Source: Vicugna vicugna
Lineage: Eukaryota
Assembly: GCA_013265495.1 (NCBI GenBank)
Contig: MU057733.1
Location: forward strand, 124,001-188,000
Length of the DNA stretch: 64,000 nucleotides
Reading direction: 5' to 3'
In this document: in pieces, positions 51,665 through 64,000 of the stretch
Numbering within the stretch: position 1 is the stretch's first letter
How the letters are laid out: the number at the start of each line of letters is the position of its first letter
The notes under the pieces: generated by a model
What the model saw: the letters and a program-made list of their open reading frames with translations, nothing else
What the model was told of the DNA's origin: nothing
Databases searched by the model: none
Program-made: the position numbers and the translations under genes

Positions 51665-54600
51665 TAGCTTGGATAGTTTTTTTATTCCAAATTTAATTTC
51701 ACTACTAGTTTTTGGTATGTTCAGACTGTCTATTTCTTCCCAATTCAGGCTTGGCAGTTTGCACATTTCAAAAAATGTGCCCATTTCTTGTAGATTTTTT
51801 ATTGTTGGCATATAACTTTTTGTAGTATTTTGATTTTTTTTGTATCTCTGTGGTATCAGTTGTTATTTCTCCTCCTTTAATTCTTACTTTGTTTATTTGG
51901 GCCCTTTCTCTTTTCTTTTGGTGAGCCTGGCCAAAGGTTTATCAAATTTGTTTATCTTTAAAAAACCCAGCTCTTGGTTTTATCGAGCTTTTCTGTTGTT
52001 TTTGATTTCTATTTTATTTATTTCCTTTTTGATCTTTATTTCCTTCCTCCTGTTGACTTTGGGTTTTGTTTGTTCTTTTTCTCATTCTTTTAGGTGTTAG
52101 GTTAGGTTGGCTTATTTGAGATTTTTCTTGTTTCATGAGGAAGGCCTGTATTGCTATAAACTTCTCTTTTAGAACTGATTTTGCCACATCCCATAGATTT
52201 TTGGAGTGGTGTGTTTCCATTTTTATTTGTTTTGAGGTATTTTCTGATTTCCTCTTTGATTTCTTCATTGACTCATTGGTTTTTTTCAGTTATATGTTGT
52301 TTGATTTCCACATGTTTGTACTTTTTCATTTTTCTTTCTGTAGCTAATTTCTAGTTTCATACCATTGTGGTCGGAAAAAATGCTTGATATAATTTCTAAC
52401 TTCTTAAATTTATTAAACTTGTTTCATGGCCTAGCATGTGATCTATCTTGGAGAATGTTCTGTGTGCACTTGAAAAGAATGTGTATTCTATTTGGGGATG
52501 TAATGTTCCATAGTTATCTATTAAGCCCACTGGCCTGTTGTGTCTTTTAAGACCACTGCTGCCTTATTGATTTTCTGTCTGGATGATCTGTCCATTGATG
52601 TAAGTGGAGTGTTAAAGTCACCTACTATTTTGTATTCTCAGTTTCTCCTTTAGTATGCCTGTTAGTATTTCCTTTATATATTTAAGTGCTCCTATATTGG
52701 GTGCATATATTTAACAAGTATAGCAGTCTCTTCTTGTATTGAGCACTTTATAATTACATAATGCCCGTCTTTGTCTGTTGTTATAGCCTTTGCTTTAAAT
52801 TGTATTTTCTCTGATATGAGTTTTACTACCCCCATTTTCTTTTCGTTTCCACTTGCATAAAATATCTTTTCCCATTCCCTTGCTTCTAATCTATGTGTGT
52901 CTTAAGCTCTGAAGTGAATGTCTTTTAGGAAGTATACAGAAGATTCTTATTTTTTGTCCAATCAGCCACAATGTGTCTTTTGATTGAAACATTTAGTCCC
53001 TTGACATTTCAAATAACTATTCATAGGTATGTACTCTTGTTTTCCAGTTGTTTTTATAGTTCTTCTCAATTCATTTCTTCTTCTTTTTGCCTCTTCCATT
53101 GTGGTTTGTTGATTTTCTTTAGTAGTATGCTTACATTCTTTTCTTTTTGTGTATCTATGGAAGGTTTTTGATTTATGGTTACCATATGTTTCATATATGT
53201 TGACGTATAACTATATCTACTTGTTTAAAACTTGTAGTCATTTAAGTTTAAAGACATTCTAAAAATCTACCTTTTTTTTTAATCCCTTCTGGGAGTAATA
53301 TGGGAGACATTTTGTGTTTTTGATGTCATATTTTGCATCTCATGTTTATCCTTTACCTGTTTATTGCAATTATAGCTGCTTTTTGCAGTTCTTTGCTTTT
53401 ACAGTTTTTGTCTTTAATCTTTGTATTGGCTTATTTAGTGGTTGATCCTCAATCCTTACTATATATTTGCCTTTCCTAGCAGGATTTTCCCTTTCCTATA
53501 GATTCTTCTTTCCTACTTAGAGAAGACCTTTTAACATTTCTTTTAGGATAGGTTTAATATTGATGCAATCCTTTAGTTTTTGCTTGTCTGACAAGCTCTT
53601 TGTCTCTCCTTCAATTTTGAAAGTTAACCTTGCTGTGTAGAGCATCCTAGGTTGCAGGTTTTCACCTCCTTTTCAGCACTTTGAATATATCATGCCACTC
53701 CCTTCTGGCCTACAAAGTTTCTGCAGAGAAACCAGCTAATAGCCTTATCAGGATTCCCTTGTATATGACTTTTTGGTTTTCTCTCATTGCCTTTAGAATT
53801 ATCTTTAACTTTTTCCATTTTAATTGTGTTATATCTTGGTGTGGGTCTGTTTGGATTCATCATATTTGAGACCCTCTGTGCTTCCTGTATATTGATATCT
53901 ATTTCCTTCTTCAGGTTTGGGAAGTTTTCAGCCACAATTTCTTCAAATACATTTTCAATCGCCTCTCTCTCTTCTTCAGGACCCCTATAACGTGACTGTT
54001 GGAATGCTTAATGTTATTTTGGAGATGTCTTAAATTGTTCTCATTTTATAAGAAATTGTTTTGCTTTTTGCTGTTCTGATTGGGTGATTTCTATTATTTT
54101 TATCTTCCAGATCACATACACATTCTTCTGTATCATTCTTCTGCTATGTGTCCCTTTGAGTGTATTTTTATGTCAGCTATTGAGTTCTTTATTTCTGATT
54201 GAATCGTTTTAATATTTTCAAGTTATTTTTCAAAATGTTCAGTGTTTAAATCAATTCTTTGTCCTGACTCAGTTAACATTTTTATTATCAATGCTTTGAA
54301 TTCTTTATCTGATAAATTGTTTATTTCTATTTCTTTAGTTCTTTCATGGTTTTCTCCTCTTTCAATTGAGATCAGTTCCTCTGTCTTCTTATTTTATTTA
54401 ACTTTTTCTGCCTTTATGAATTTAGGCGAAACATTTACCTACTGCAGCATTGAAGGGGTGTTTCTATGTGGGAGTATCCCTATACAGACTGTGTATTCCC
54501 AGCGTCTTTGGGTGAGAGCTGGATTTGATGTGGATGCAAGTCATGTCTTTCCTCAGGGTGTGTTGGCAGGCATCACTTTGGCAGGGGGTGGGGCTGGAGA

Positions 54601-55645
54601 TGGAGGGGACTAGAGCTGGAGCCAGGTGTGAGGTGGGACTTCCCCTTTGCTCAGTAGCCATCACCACCCTATCAAGATCAGTGTCTGAACCTAAGTTGCT
54701 GGAGCAGCAGCCTGAAGATCAATCTGAGCTGGATCTGTTCCCTTTAAGTGTGTGTGTTTTCCCTCTCCTTGTGCCAGGACCCTGGCTTCAGAGGAGAGGA
54801 GTGCTAGAGCAAGAAAGGATCTTATGCCGACAGAAGTTTGATGCACTGCCTATGCAGGTGCCCAAGGCTCTGCTCAGACAGCCTTAGGTGCATGCCCCCT
54901 TTGTCTCTCACAGCCAGTTACTGCCCCCAGGTTCTGCTCCCTACTCCCTCTTGTAGATCTGCTCTCCAGGGAAGGTGGGGCCTGTAAGAAATCTTGGCTG
55001 CTTCCAGGGACCCACTTGAGTAAGTACCACAATGGCTGCTTGCTGCCCCACCTAGCCTCTGCCTTGGGTCCCCTCCACTTCCCACACTTGAGTCTTTTTT
55101 CCCAGTTGTGGCTGCCCCTGATCCAGTGCTGTGCTGTGGTGTGAACTGAGCGGGGCCAGAGCATTTGCTCAGCTTTGGTTGGGGTGCATGGTGAGGTGGT
55201 TGTGGGAAATCCTGCAGCTGCTAGAGCAGACCTGTCTCCAACCTGTCTTGGGAGCTAGCCAGGGTGTGCTCCTTATGAGCAGAGTCCAAAGCTTCCCACA
55301 GCCATTCTGTTTGTCCCAGTGATTCTCCAGCCAGCCAGGGGTCTTGTCTCCCCAGCTTAGGACCCTAGAATGGGGGCACCCAGTCTGTGGCTTGAAACAC
55401 TCACTCCCTAGTCTGCTTGTGCAAACTCCCTTTTCCTTTGAGTCTTTTCTTAGGGGCACAGGTTCCAATCTGATCACTTTTCTTCTTTTTCTACCTTATT
55501 ACACGTGTATCTTTTTGCAGCTTTGGATGTACAGGAGTTCTTTTTGCCAGTTTCCAGTTAGTTTTCAATGAGAATTGCTCCACATGTATTTTTGTCATGG
55601 CAGGAGGTGAGCTCCATGTCCTCTTACTCCACCATCTTGTTCCCC
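51665..55645 (-). mobile_element. 5' half of a decayed L1 (5' UTR, ORF1, inter-ORF spacer, ORF2 endonuclease region); 3' half absent
   Basis: Minus-strand 5' end GGGGAACAAGATGG at 55645 (YY1-like site). ORF1 peptide MAENFPNLKKEIDINIQEAQRV, ORF2 peptides KNLWDVAKSVLKEKFIAIQAFL and NLQEMGTFFEMCKLPSLNWEEIDSLNIP. Confidence 0.92.
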
Positions 55646-55676
55646 TTGAGACACTTTAAATTGTCAAGTTAGATCA

Positions 55677-56216
55677 TGTTACTGAATCCAAGCTCGTTCT
55701 GCTCACCACACGACAGGCCAGTAAATTGGGAGATGAGGTGTTGGGGCAAGGAATAGCAACTTTATTTAGAAAGCAGGCAGACCGAGAGGATGACAGACTA
55801 ATGTCTTGGAGAACCATCCTCCTTAAGTCAGAATTCAGGCTCTTTTTATACTAAAAAAGTGGAGGGGGTGTGGTTGGTTGTTGCAAACTTCTTGGTGTAG
55901 AAATTCTTTGTTCTTAGAATCCTTTGTTCTTGCAGCTGTCCACTTGGGTCAGGTCATGGTGTCCCATGTAAAACCTCTAACAAAACAAATGTTATTTTCT
56001 ATTCTGCAACCTGTTACCTTTATGTAAGTGCAAAATATTAATATCCTCAAAGGTCAGAGCCTTGAGAATAGGCTCTCCTGTCTATTTCAGGCTAAAGGCA
56101 ACATTCTTTTACAAAAGGTGCAGAGCCAGCAAGACTAAGCCTAGAAAACAGGGCACAGAGTTAAAGCCAAAGAAACAGACCTAATGTGGAGTCAGATTTT
56201 TTTCTTTTCTATTACA
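55677..56216 (-). mobile_element. Solo ERV1-class LTR (540 bp)
   Basis: TG...CA termini flanked by a 4-bp TSD ATCA (55673-55676 and 56217-56220). Minus-strand TATAAAA (~55845) and AATAAA (~55762). Confidence 0.85.
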
Positions 56217-57029
56217 ATCATAAGTAGCCTATTGTTTACCCTATAATCTGCCTCTGTTTATATTTTTCATTTTCCACACCTGGGGTGAGGAAAAATATAA
56301 ATTTTCAGGAGAAAATGACCATGGTATTTATTTTCTTGGAAAAGAAGTAACTGTGGAAAAAAGGAAAGATCTTTAATTCCCACTTGTCAACCTTTAGGTA
56401 ACTGTTTTTTAGCTTTGAGCTACTCATCTGAATGCAAAAGGACAGAGTCCAAATGTATGAAAGATGGAAAAACAGGGAATGTTCGTTTCATGAGCTACTT
56501 TATGCTACAGTTATTCAGAAAGTCAAGGTAATGTTTATTAATTAAGGAGAATTTGAAATCAATACCTTTAGGCAGCCTTTGATTACCTGGGAGCACATGC
56601 CTAGAAGACAAGCATTTGTGTGTGTGTGTGTGCGAGCGCCCGTGTGTGTTTGAAGGAGGTATTGAAGGAAGTTGTGGGTTGAATAGTTCTAATATCAATT
56701 TTACAGTATTTCTTTGTGGCCATAATTGCTTTTATCACATTTAGCACCCCCCTGTTGGATCAGCTTAAATTTAATTTGTATCAGAATTGCAGAATTCAGA
56801 AGGAGGTATCAAATCCCTATGGATCATAAAAATTGAATGCTAGGGAGTTAATATATTTTATGACATTCAACTTATAATAAATCCTCTTTGTAGTTTGAGA
56901 AAAATTATATCATAGTCAATGACTTGAAGTCACTGCCACCTTTTTCCCAAGTATTTCCTTGTCATGTCAACCGTCTGGAAGCTGCAGTCTTTTCCTTCTC
57001 ATTAAAAAATTAAAATATTTCTTCAGTGA

Positions 57030-60000
57030 AAATTTTAATTTTGAGTAATTGTAGATTCACATGCAATTGTAAGAAATAACAGAGCGAGGTCTTGCACACC
57101 CTTTACCCAGTTTCCCACAATTGTAACATCTTGCAAAAACTGTAGTACACATCACAACCAAGACACTGACATACAGTCAGGATACAACCCTTCCTGTATT
57201 TCTATCACCACCAGGGTCTCTCATGTTGTCTTTTATATCCACATCCACTTCCCTCCTACCACTACCTTCTCTTAAACCTCTGATAACTACTAACCTGCTG
57301 TCCATCTCTATAATTCCATCATTTCAAGAATGTTATACAAATGCAATCTGTATGTAACCTTTTGGATTAGCTCCCCCCACCCCCGAGTATCATTACCTGG
57401 AGATTTATGCAAGTTGTGGCACATATCAAAGGTCCACACATTTTTGTTATAGAGAAGTATTACATGCTACAAACGTACCATGGTTTATTTAACCATTTAC
57501 CCAGTGACAGGTGTCTGGGTTGTTTCCAGTTTTCAGCAGTTATGAATAAAGCTTCTATACTATAAACAGTCATGTATAGGTTTTTTTGTGTGAACATAGG
57601 TTTTTATTTCTTTAGGATAAATGCCCAGGAGTGCAGTTGCTGAGTTGTGTAGTAATTGCATGTTTAGCTTTTTGAGAAACTGCCAATCTGTTTTTCCAGA
57701 ATGGCGGTACCATTTTATGTGCCCATCAGCTAACAGTGAGTGATCCAGTTTCTCCACATCCTGCTAACATTCAGTGTCACTGTTTTTTATTGTTGCCATT
57801 CTGATGTGTGTGTAGTAATACCTCCTTGTGGTTTTAATTTGCAATTCACTGATTGCTAATCATGTTGAACATCTTTTCATAGTTTATAGCCATCGGTAAA
57901 AGGTCTCTTCATATCTTTTGCCGGTTTTCTAATTGGATTGTATATTTTTTTTTTTACTGGTGGGTTTTGAGTGTTGTTTATTTTTCAGATCTTAGTCCTT
58001 CGTAGATATGTGGTCTGTCTACAATGTGGGTTTATAGTTTTCTTTTTTTGTACTGTGTGTGTCTGGTTTTGGTATCAGGGTAATACTAACTCTATAAAAT
58101 AAATTGGAATGTGTTCTTCATTCTTCTACTTTCTGGAAGAGAGTGCATAGAATTAGGATTAATTCTTCTTTAAACACTTGGTAGAATTCTCCAGCGAAGC
58201 CATCTGGCTTGGAGATTTCTTTTTTGAGAGTTTTAAAATTATGAATTAAATTTTCTTTATTATAAGGATATTCGAATAACCTATTTCGTATTGAACGAGT
58301 TATGGTAGTTTGTGTGTTTTTCTTAAGGAATTGGTCCATTTTATCTAAGTTTTCAGATTTATGTGCGTAGAGCTGCTTATAATTCTATCTGTGGTGCTAG
58401 TGATGCCTACAGGGTCTAGAGTGATACCCCTGGTATTAGTAACTTGTGTCTTCTTTCTTTTTTATCTTGCTAGAAGTTAGTCAATATTAATCAGCTTATC
58501 AAAGAACCACCTTTTAAAATTGAATTTCTTTATTTTTCTCTTTTCAATTTTATTAATATCTACTTTTATTTCTTTTATTTACTTCCTTTTTCTTTCTTTC
58601 AGTTTATTTTGTTCTTTTTCTAGATTATTAAGGTGGGAATTAGATGATTGATTTTCCTCTTTTCTAATATATGCATTTTATGCTGGACCCTTTAACTATG
58701 TACCACAAATTTTTGATATATTGTATATTTATTTTCATTCTGTTCAAAGTATTTTTTAAAATTTCCTTTGACACTTTCTCTTTGACCCAGTTTGAGATCC
58801 TCCTGGTTCCTGATGATGAATGATTTTTGATGGAAACTTGAACATCAGATCTTACTTAAACCTGTTTTAGCTGGCTTTCTCTGATGCCACTCCAGCAGGG
58901 AATGGATGACACCCCCTTGCTATTGCCAGGTGGGTGTGAAGTTCTGATACCTGTGATTCCCAGTGATACTAGCTGAGAGGGGTACTAGCTGAGCTGAAGG
59001 GGGCTGAGCTCGGGTGAAAGCCGCGGTCAAGCCTTTAGTCACGTACTGGCAGTGTGACAGGGGCTGCACCAGAAAGTGCTGGCTCCCCACTGAAGGCCAG
59101 GGGGACACAGACACAGGGAGCCTGGGTACCTACCATCTTGCTGCTGAGAGAGCCCTGAACAAAAGGCTCCTGTCATTTTATGAACCCAGGGGAAGAGGGG
59201 ATAGAAGGATAAAGACTAGGAGTTTAAAATACTGAGTACTGAGTCAGAGTGGGCAAAAGTATCCCCAGGTTTCCCCAGTAAGAAGACTTTCAAATGGAGG
59301 CACTGGGCTAAGAATGCAGATACACACAGGAGCAAGACTGGGTGGGACTGAGTCTCTTCAGAGTCTGCAGTGCATTGGCTGGGCCCCCAGTCCGGTGTGG
59401 GGAGGGCAGCTTTCCCTGCCGAGGGCTGCCAGGTAAGCATTCGTAACTGCCTATGATTGGGTCTAAAAATCACACACAGGATTTTCTTCAGGAGCCAGAA
59501 TTCTCAGTGTCTTATTACTGCTCTCCATGTAATTTCAGCTAACACCATGAGGTGGTGTGTGGGGTGAGGGGTGTGGGGAGGGTGACCTCATTAGCTTTCG
59601 ATGGTGTTCAAAGTCCTGACTCCTTACTCGGCCTCCTCTGGCGTCACCCAGAGGGGAAGGGGAAGGACACTTCTTTACTGCTGGACTGGGGTGGAAGTTC
59701 AGCCGCCCCACGTGTTCTCGACTGACTCTGTGAGTGTGGAAATTTAGCTTCCTTTGCTGGCATGGGTGGGAGGAAGGCCCAGCTTTTTCTGTGGTGTTTG
59801 GCTAGAGTAGAAGAGCTGTTTTTGGTAAGCTTTCTGTCTTGCTACATTGCCCTTTTCCAGGCTCCCTGGCTCAAAGGAACAGGCCCTCTTGGGGCTTTTT
59901 AGTCTGTGTTCACTGGTCTTTCCCAGTTGTTTTTTCTTTCGCTTCTGTATCTGGAGTATATGAGGCAAAAAGGAAACCCAGGGGTCTTATCACTGTGTTG

Positions 60001-60170
60001 GTCCTTGGGTCCTGAGTTTCCTAGTCAGTCTTCCTTCTTCTCTCCTCCCTCCAGAGCTTTCTTATGCTTGTTTTATGTATAATGTTCAGGGTTTCTAACT
60101 GTAAATAGTGGAAGGAATAGGGACAAATAATTTACTCCATCATTCCAGAAGTGAAAGTTTCTTTCCTTGC
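57030..60170 (-). mobile_element. Fragmented old L1 (L1MB-like 3' UTR/ORF2 end, ORF2 N-terminal part, probable 5' region)
   Basis: Peptides WQFLKKLNMQL..ATALLGIYPKEIKTYVHTK and KPDGFAGEFYQVFKEELILIL. The 58.8-60.2 kb assignment is weaker. Confidence 0.7.
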
Positions 60171-60303
60171 ATTTTTAAAATTTACATTTAAACAATCAAA
60201 TTAATAAAATGTTAAAACTTAAATGGAAAGACTTATGGGAACGACAACTATCTTTTGTTCCACTGCTGCATGTCTTTAGTATTGACCCTCAGAGATAAAA
60301 ACT

Positions 60304-60860
60304 TCATTTTTTATTGAAGTACAGTCAGTTACAGTGTGTCAGTTTCTGGTGTATAGCCCAATGTCCCAGTCATGCATATACATATATACTTGTTTTCATA
60401 TTCTTTTTCATTATAATTTACTACAAGATATTGAATATAGTTCCCTGTTCTACATGGGCGAAATTTGTTTTTATCTATTTTGTATATAGTAGTTAGTATT
60501 TGCAAATCTCAGTAACCATAAGTTTGTTTACTATGTCTGTGAGTCTGTTTCTGTTTTGTAGATAAGTTCATTAGTGTCGTCTTCTTTCTTTTTTTTTAAG
60601 ATTCCACAAATGAGTGATATCATGTGGTATTTTTCTTTCTCTTTCTGGCTTACTTCACTTAAAATGACAATTTCCAGGTCCATCCATGTTGCTGCAAATG
60701 ACATTTTTATTCTTTTTTATGGCTGAATAGTATTCCATTGTATAAATATACCACAGCTTCTTTATCCAGTCATCTGTCAATGGACATTTAAGTTGTTTTC
60801 ATGTCTTGGCTATTGTATATAGTGCTGCTGTGAACATTGGGGTGCATGTATCATTTTGAA
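60304..60860 (-). mobile_element. 5'-truncated L1, antisense
   Basis: L1 3' UTR and ORF2 end, with TSD AGAGATAAAACTT at ~60291-60303 and ~60860-60872. Confidence 0.9.
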
Positions 60861-63809
60861 GAGATAAAACTTTAATCATCTGTTTCTAATTCTTTTAAGG
60901 TTCACCTCTGTATAATTAAATAATACATTTATTCTATTATTTTAAATTTATCATTTCTAAACATCATCCTGCTATATTGTAAAGTAATTTAATTTGCTTA
61001 CACTGTCTTCTATTTTGCTTTTCTCTTAATTGTTGTCATATGTCATTAATCCTGGTTCTTCTTCAGGTCACCTATGAAACTTCAAATTATGCTCATAGTC
61101 TCTGTGACTATATTTACCATGGACAATATTTTTTGTCTTCCCACATTGTAATAAGAAATGTTAGCCTTCCCTTTCTTTCTGCCACCATTTCCCATCCCCC
61201 CATCTAACAGCCTCTGACAGCTACACATTTACTTTACCATCTTCCCTGATTCATTTTTACATACAGTTACATAATACATAATACAGTTTACATACTAAAG
61301 CATTGTAAGTTATGAAATATGACATTAATGTAGAAATTTATGACATTTTATTTTAATTTGCAATAACTCATATTATTTACATAAAGGAGGCTAATCATTT
61401 AATAACTCTTATGTAATATATCCTGTAGACGGGAAGTGACATTTTAGTTTTGATTAGGATGATCTGTGATTCCTGCTGACCAGGCTGCCTATGGATACAG
61501 AACTGATTAGTTAATTGATTAGTTAATTAGATTATGTAATCAGAGCTAGAAATACAGCACAGTAATCTCAATTTCTAGTCCAGTGATACACTTAATTAAA
61601 ACAGGGCTCAGGCTTCATAAAGCAATGTCATTAGCCACAACTTATTTTAGTTAGGGAAGAAAGAAGTGAAAATTAGATGTTAAGAGAAACAGTTGTTTAT
61701 GTAATTTATGTATTTATGCCAATTAATCTTTCTTTTGATCTAATTTTATATCTATCAATTTCTTCAAAGAAAGGTTTTATAGATTTGGGAAAAATATATG
61801 ACTATTCCTGATTATCAGTGCTTTTTTGACATAGAAGTCATATTTAGAGATCATTTGGTAAGGGCCCAAGGATGATTTGTAGGATTGGTGCCAAAGAATT
61901 AAAGATTGTTATAAATCATATTGATCTTCATGCTAATGAGTAAACTTTGTGATATATGGTGTTACTTTATATTTTATTAATCTGGATTTTCAATAATATT
62001 TTAATTCAGAAACTGTCTTTAATTTTTATAATTTTTATAATGATTTATAGGAATTACATTGCCCTCTAAAATTTTCTGATTTCATTCCATTATTTTAAAC
62101 CAGAAAATTATTTTCTAATCAATATCTCTTCCTCCCAATTTGTCCTCATTTCAAGTCACTAAAAACAATCCTGAAAAATCACTATTTTTAGTGTTTTTCT
62201 TCACCTTATCTATTACATTATAAAAAAAGGCTCATTTTATTCTTTTTAAAATTTTGTTTGCTTAATTTACCCATACTTCTACATAAAACACTTTGTTATA
62301 GAGTTTTTAATTGTCAAATATTCATCAAGTACTTGCACATTTAATAGTGCTTGATAAGCATTTTAGCACTGTATTGGACACTTCATAAAGCTTTCATTTT
62401 AAAAAATCAAGTTAATTGTTACTAGACCCATTAGGCATGAGCAGTGCAATAGGACTGTAAGTCAAAGACACTGTCCTTAAGAGCAGACCTTGAAATTCAG
62501 TAATGGAGGAGATACGGCATTTGGGAAGGAGACAACACATAAGCCAAGGCTGTGTCCTGACGTGTCTGTTAACTCAAATGCCCTTGCCTACTTTCCCCTC
62601 ACCTGCTAGCCCCTTAATTGATATCTAACTCCAAACTGAAAACTGAAAACTGAAAACAGTTGGAACAGTGCCTGTGTAAATGTCAGCTCACACTGTAATT
62701 CCTGGTGCTTGGGAACATTCCAAATCATGACCCGTAGACTTTGACCAAGAAAACTTATTATTCATTGGAGAGTTTGAAAGATTTTTAGTAAATTTCAGGA
62801 AGTGGTTCCTGGAGTCACCTGGAGTCCTAAAGCCATTCAGAAATGGACTACAGTTGTGTGTCTTGAGAAACACTCAGGATAACTCTAGGCACAATTGAAG
62901 TTTCATACTATTCAGTAATGGCCCAGTCTGTGTTTTTAAATATCCCTAGGACATAAACTGGACTGAGATTTCTGACCCAGATTAATCACAAACCTCAGTG
63001 CATGGGACTTAGAAAGGAACAGATTTTACCCCCAAGAAAGTGGTGTGTTTGGAACATGAGACAACAGTCATCCATTTACTAGATTCTCTTGGATTCTTCT
63101 GTGTCAGCTAATCCCAACAATATTTACTCAACACTCACTAGGTTCCCAATACTATACTAGCTGTTTGGTTAAAATATGCATCATAAGGTTCTTGTCCTAG
63201 AGTGACAGTTTCAAAGGAGTGGGTTTTAAAGTGTGTGCATTGCCCTTCAGAGCTCTAAGGGGCATCCCAGAGCCATCATAGGAGTTGCTACAATTTTTAA
63301 ATTGCACCTGGTGCATAAAAATGCTCACTAAATGCAGTCTTGTGAGCTTAGTGTTCAACTAAGAAAGGACTTCCTTTTTATTTGTTTTATATACTTGATG
63401 TATGTGTGTGTGTGTGTGTGTATATCTATCTTCCAAGTAAGATTTTATTTGAGAAAAGGGTCTGCTGCTAAATGAAGTTCGAAAAATTAATGGTCTCAAG
63501 TATCTCTTGTTTCAGTCATACTAAATATTCATATATTCATTCCATCAAGACTTAACTCAATTTTATAATATTGTAAAATCCTACTTTTGATTAAATGCCT
63601 ATAAGAAAAGCATTTTGACAAATATGTATTCTTCACTTAGTTTTGAAATGGCCCAATTATAGAAAATAGGAAACAAGAGTTATAGCCACCAACATTATGA
63701 GACTTTGTGTTAAATCTGTACCAGCCTTTATGAATTTTATAAAGGCTGACATTTATTACATTCCTGGTACTAATATAAATTGTTTTAGATATTTTATGTC
63801 ATTTCATCT

Positions 63810-63970
63810 TCATACATACGTTATGATGTAGGTATTATTATCATCTTATTTTACAGATGAGGTAATACTGATGACAGGAAATATTTAACATGTCCCAAAT
63901 GGTATAGTAAGAAAGTGGCAGAAAAGATACAAAAACACAGGCATCTGACACCAGAGCAATTAAGTAATAC
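63810..63970 (-). mobile_element. MIR, antisense
   Basis: TATGATGTAGGTATTATTATCATCTTATTTTACAGATGAGGTAATACTGA. Confidence 0.75.
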
Positions 63971-64000
63971 TACCCAAATTTTAAAAATTGGGAAATTGAG

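Noticed and set aside
1..64000. CRISPR arrays, operons, prokaryotic defence systems or viral coding genes
   Set aside because: No regularly spaced repeat-spacer arrays or gene-dense regions. The sequence is mammalian, and the ERV remnants are solo LTRs without gag/pol/env.

Overview
Mammalian (not microbial) genomic DNA, very likely camelid: the short tRNA-derived SINEs and young L1 3' UTRs resemble Vicugna/Camelus repeats. The window is repeat-rich, has two assembly gaps, both inside young L1s, and contains no intact protein-coding gene that I can identify. Recognisable items: (1) a highly diverged, intronless FBXO27-like processed pseudogene (minus, about 25.4-28.4 kb), nested in an L2, next to a MER63 and interrupted by a young L1 with a perfect 14-bp TSD; (2) a CCDC93 processed pseudogene spanning the whole CDS (plus, 49.4-51.65 kb), fused without a poly(A) to the 5' half of an antisense L1; (3) many L1, SINE, LTR, MIR/L2 and DNA-transposon relics. 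In the first 10 kb, four short segments with splice signals suggest a minus-strand transcript with probably non-coding exons. One candidate exon lies in one arm of a roughly 365-bp inverted duplication (6421-6785 vs 9418-9785) that I cannot assign to a known repeat. This is the most unusual structure found. Repeat family names and most repeat boundaries come from recall and by-eye alignment, not database searches.
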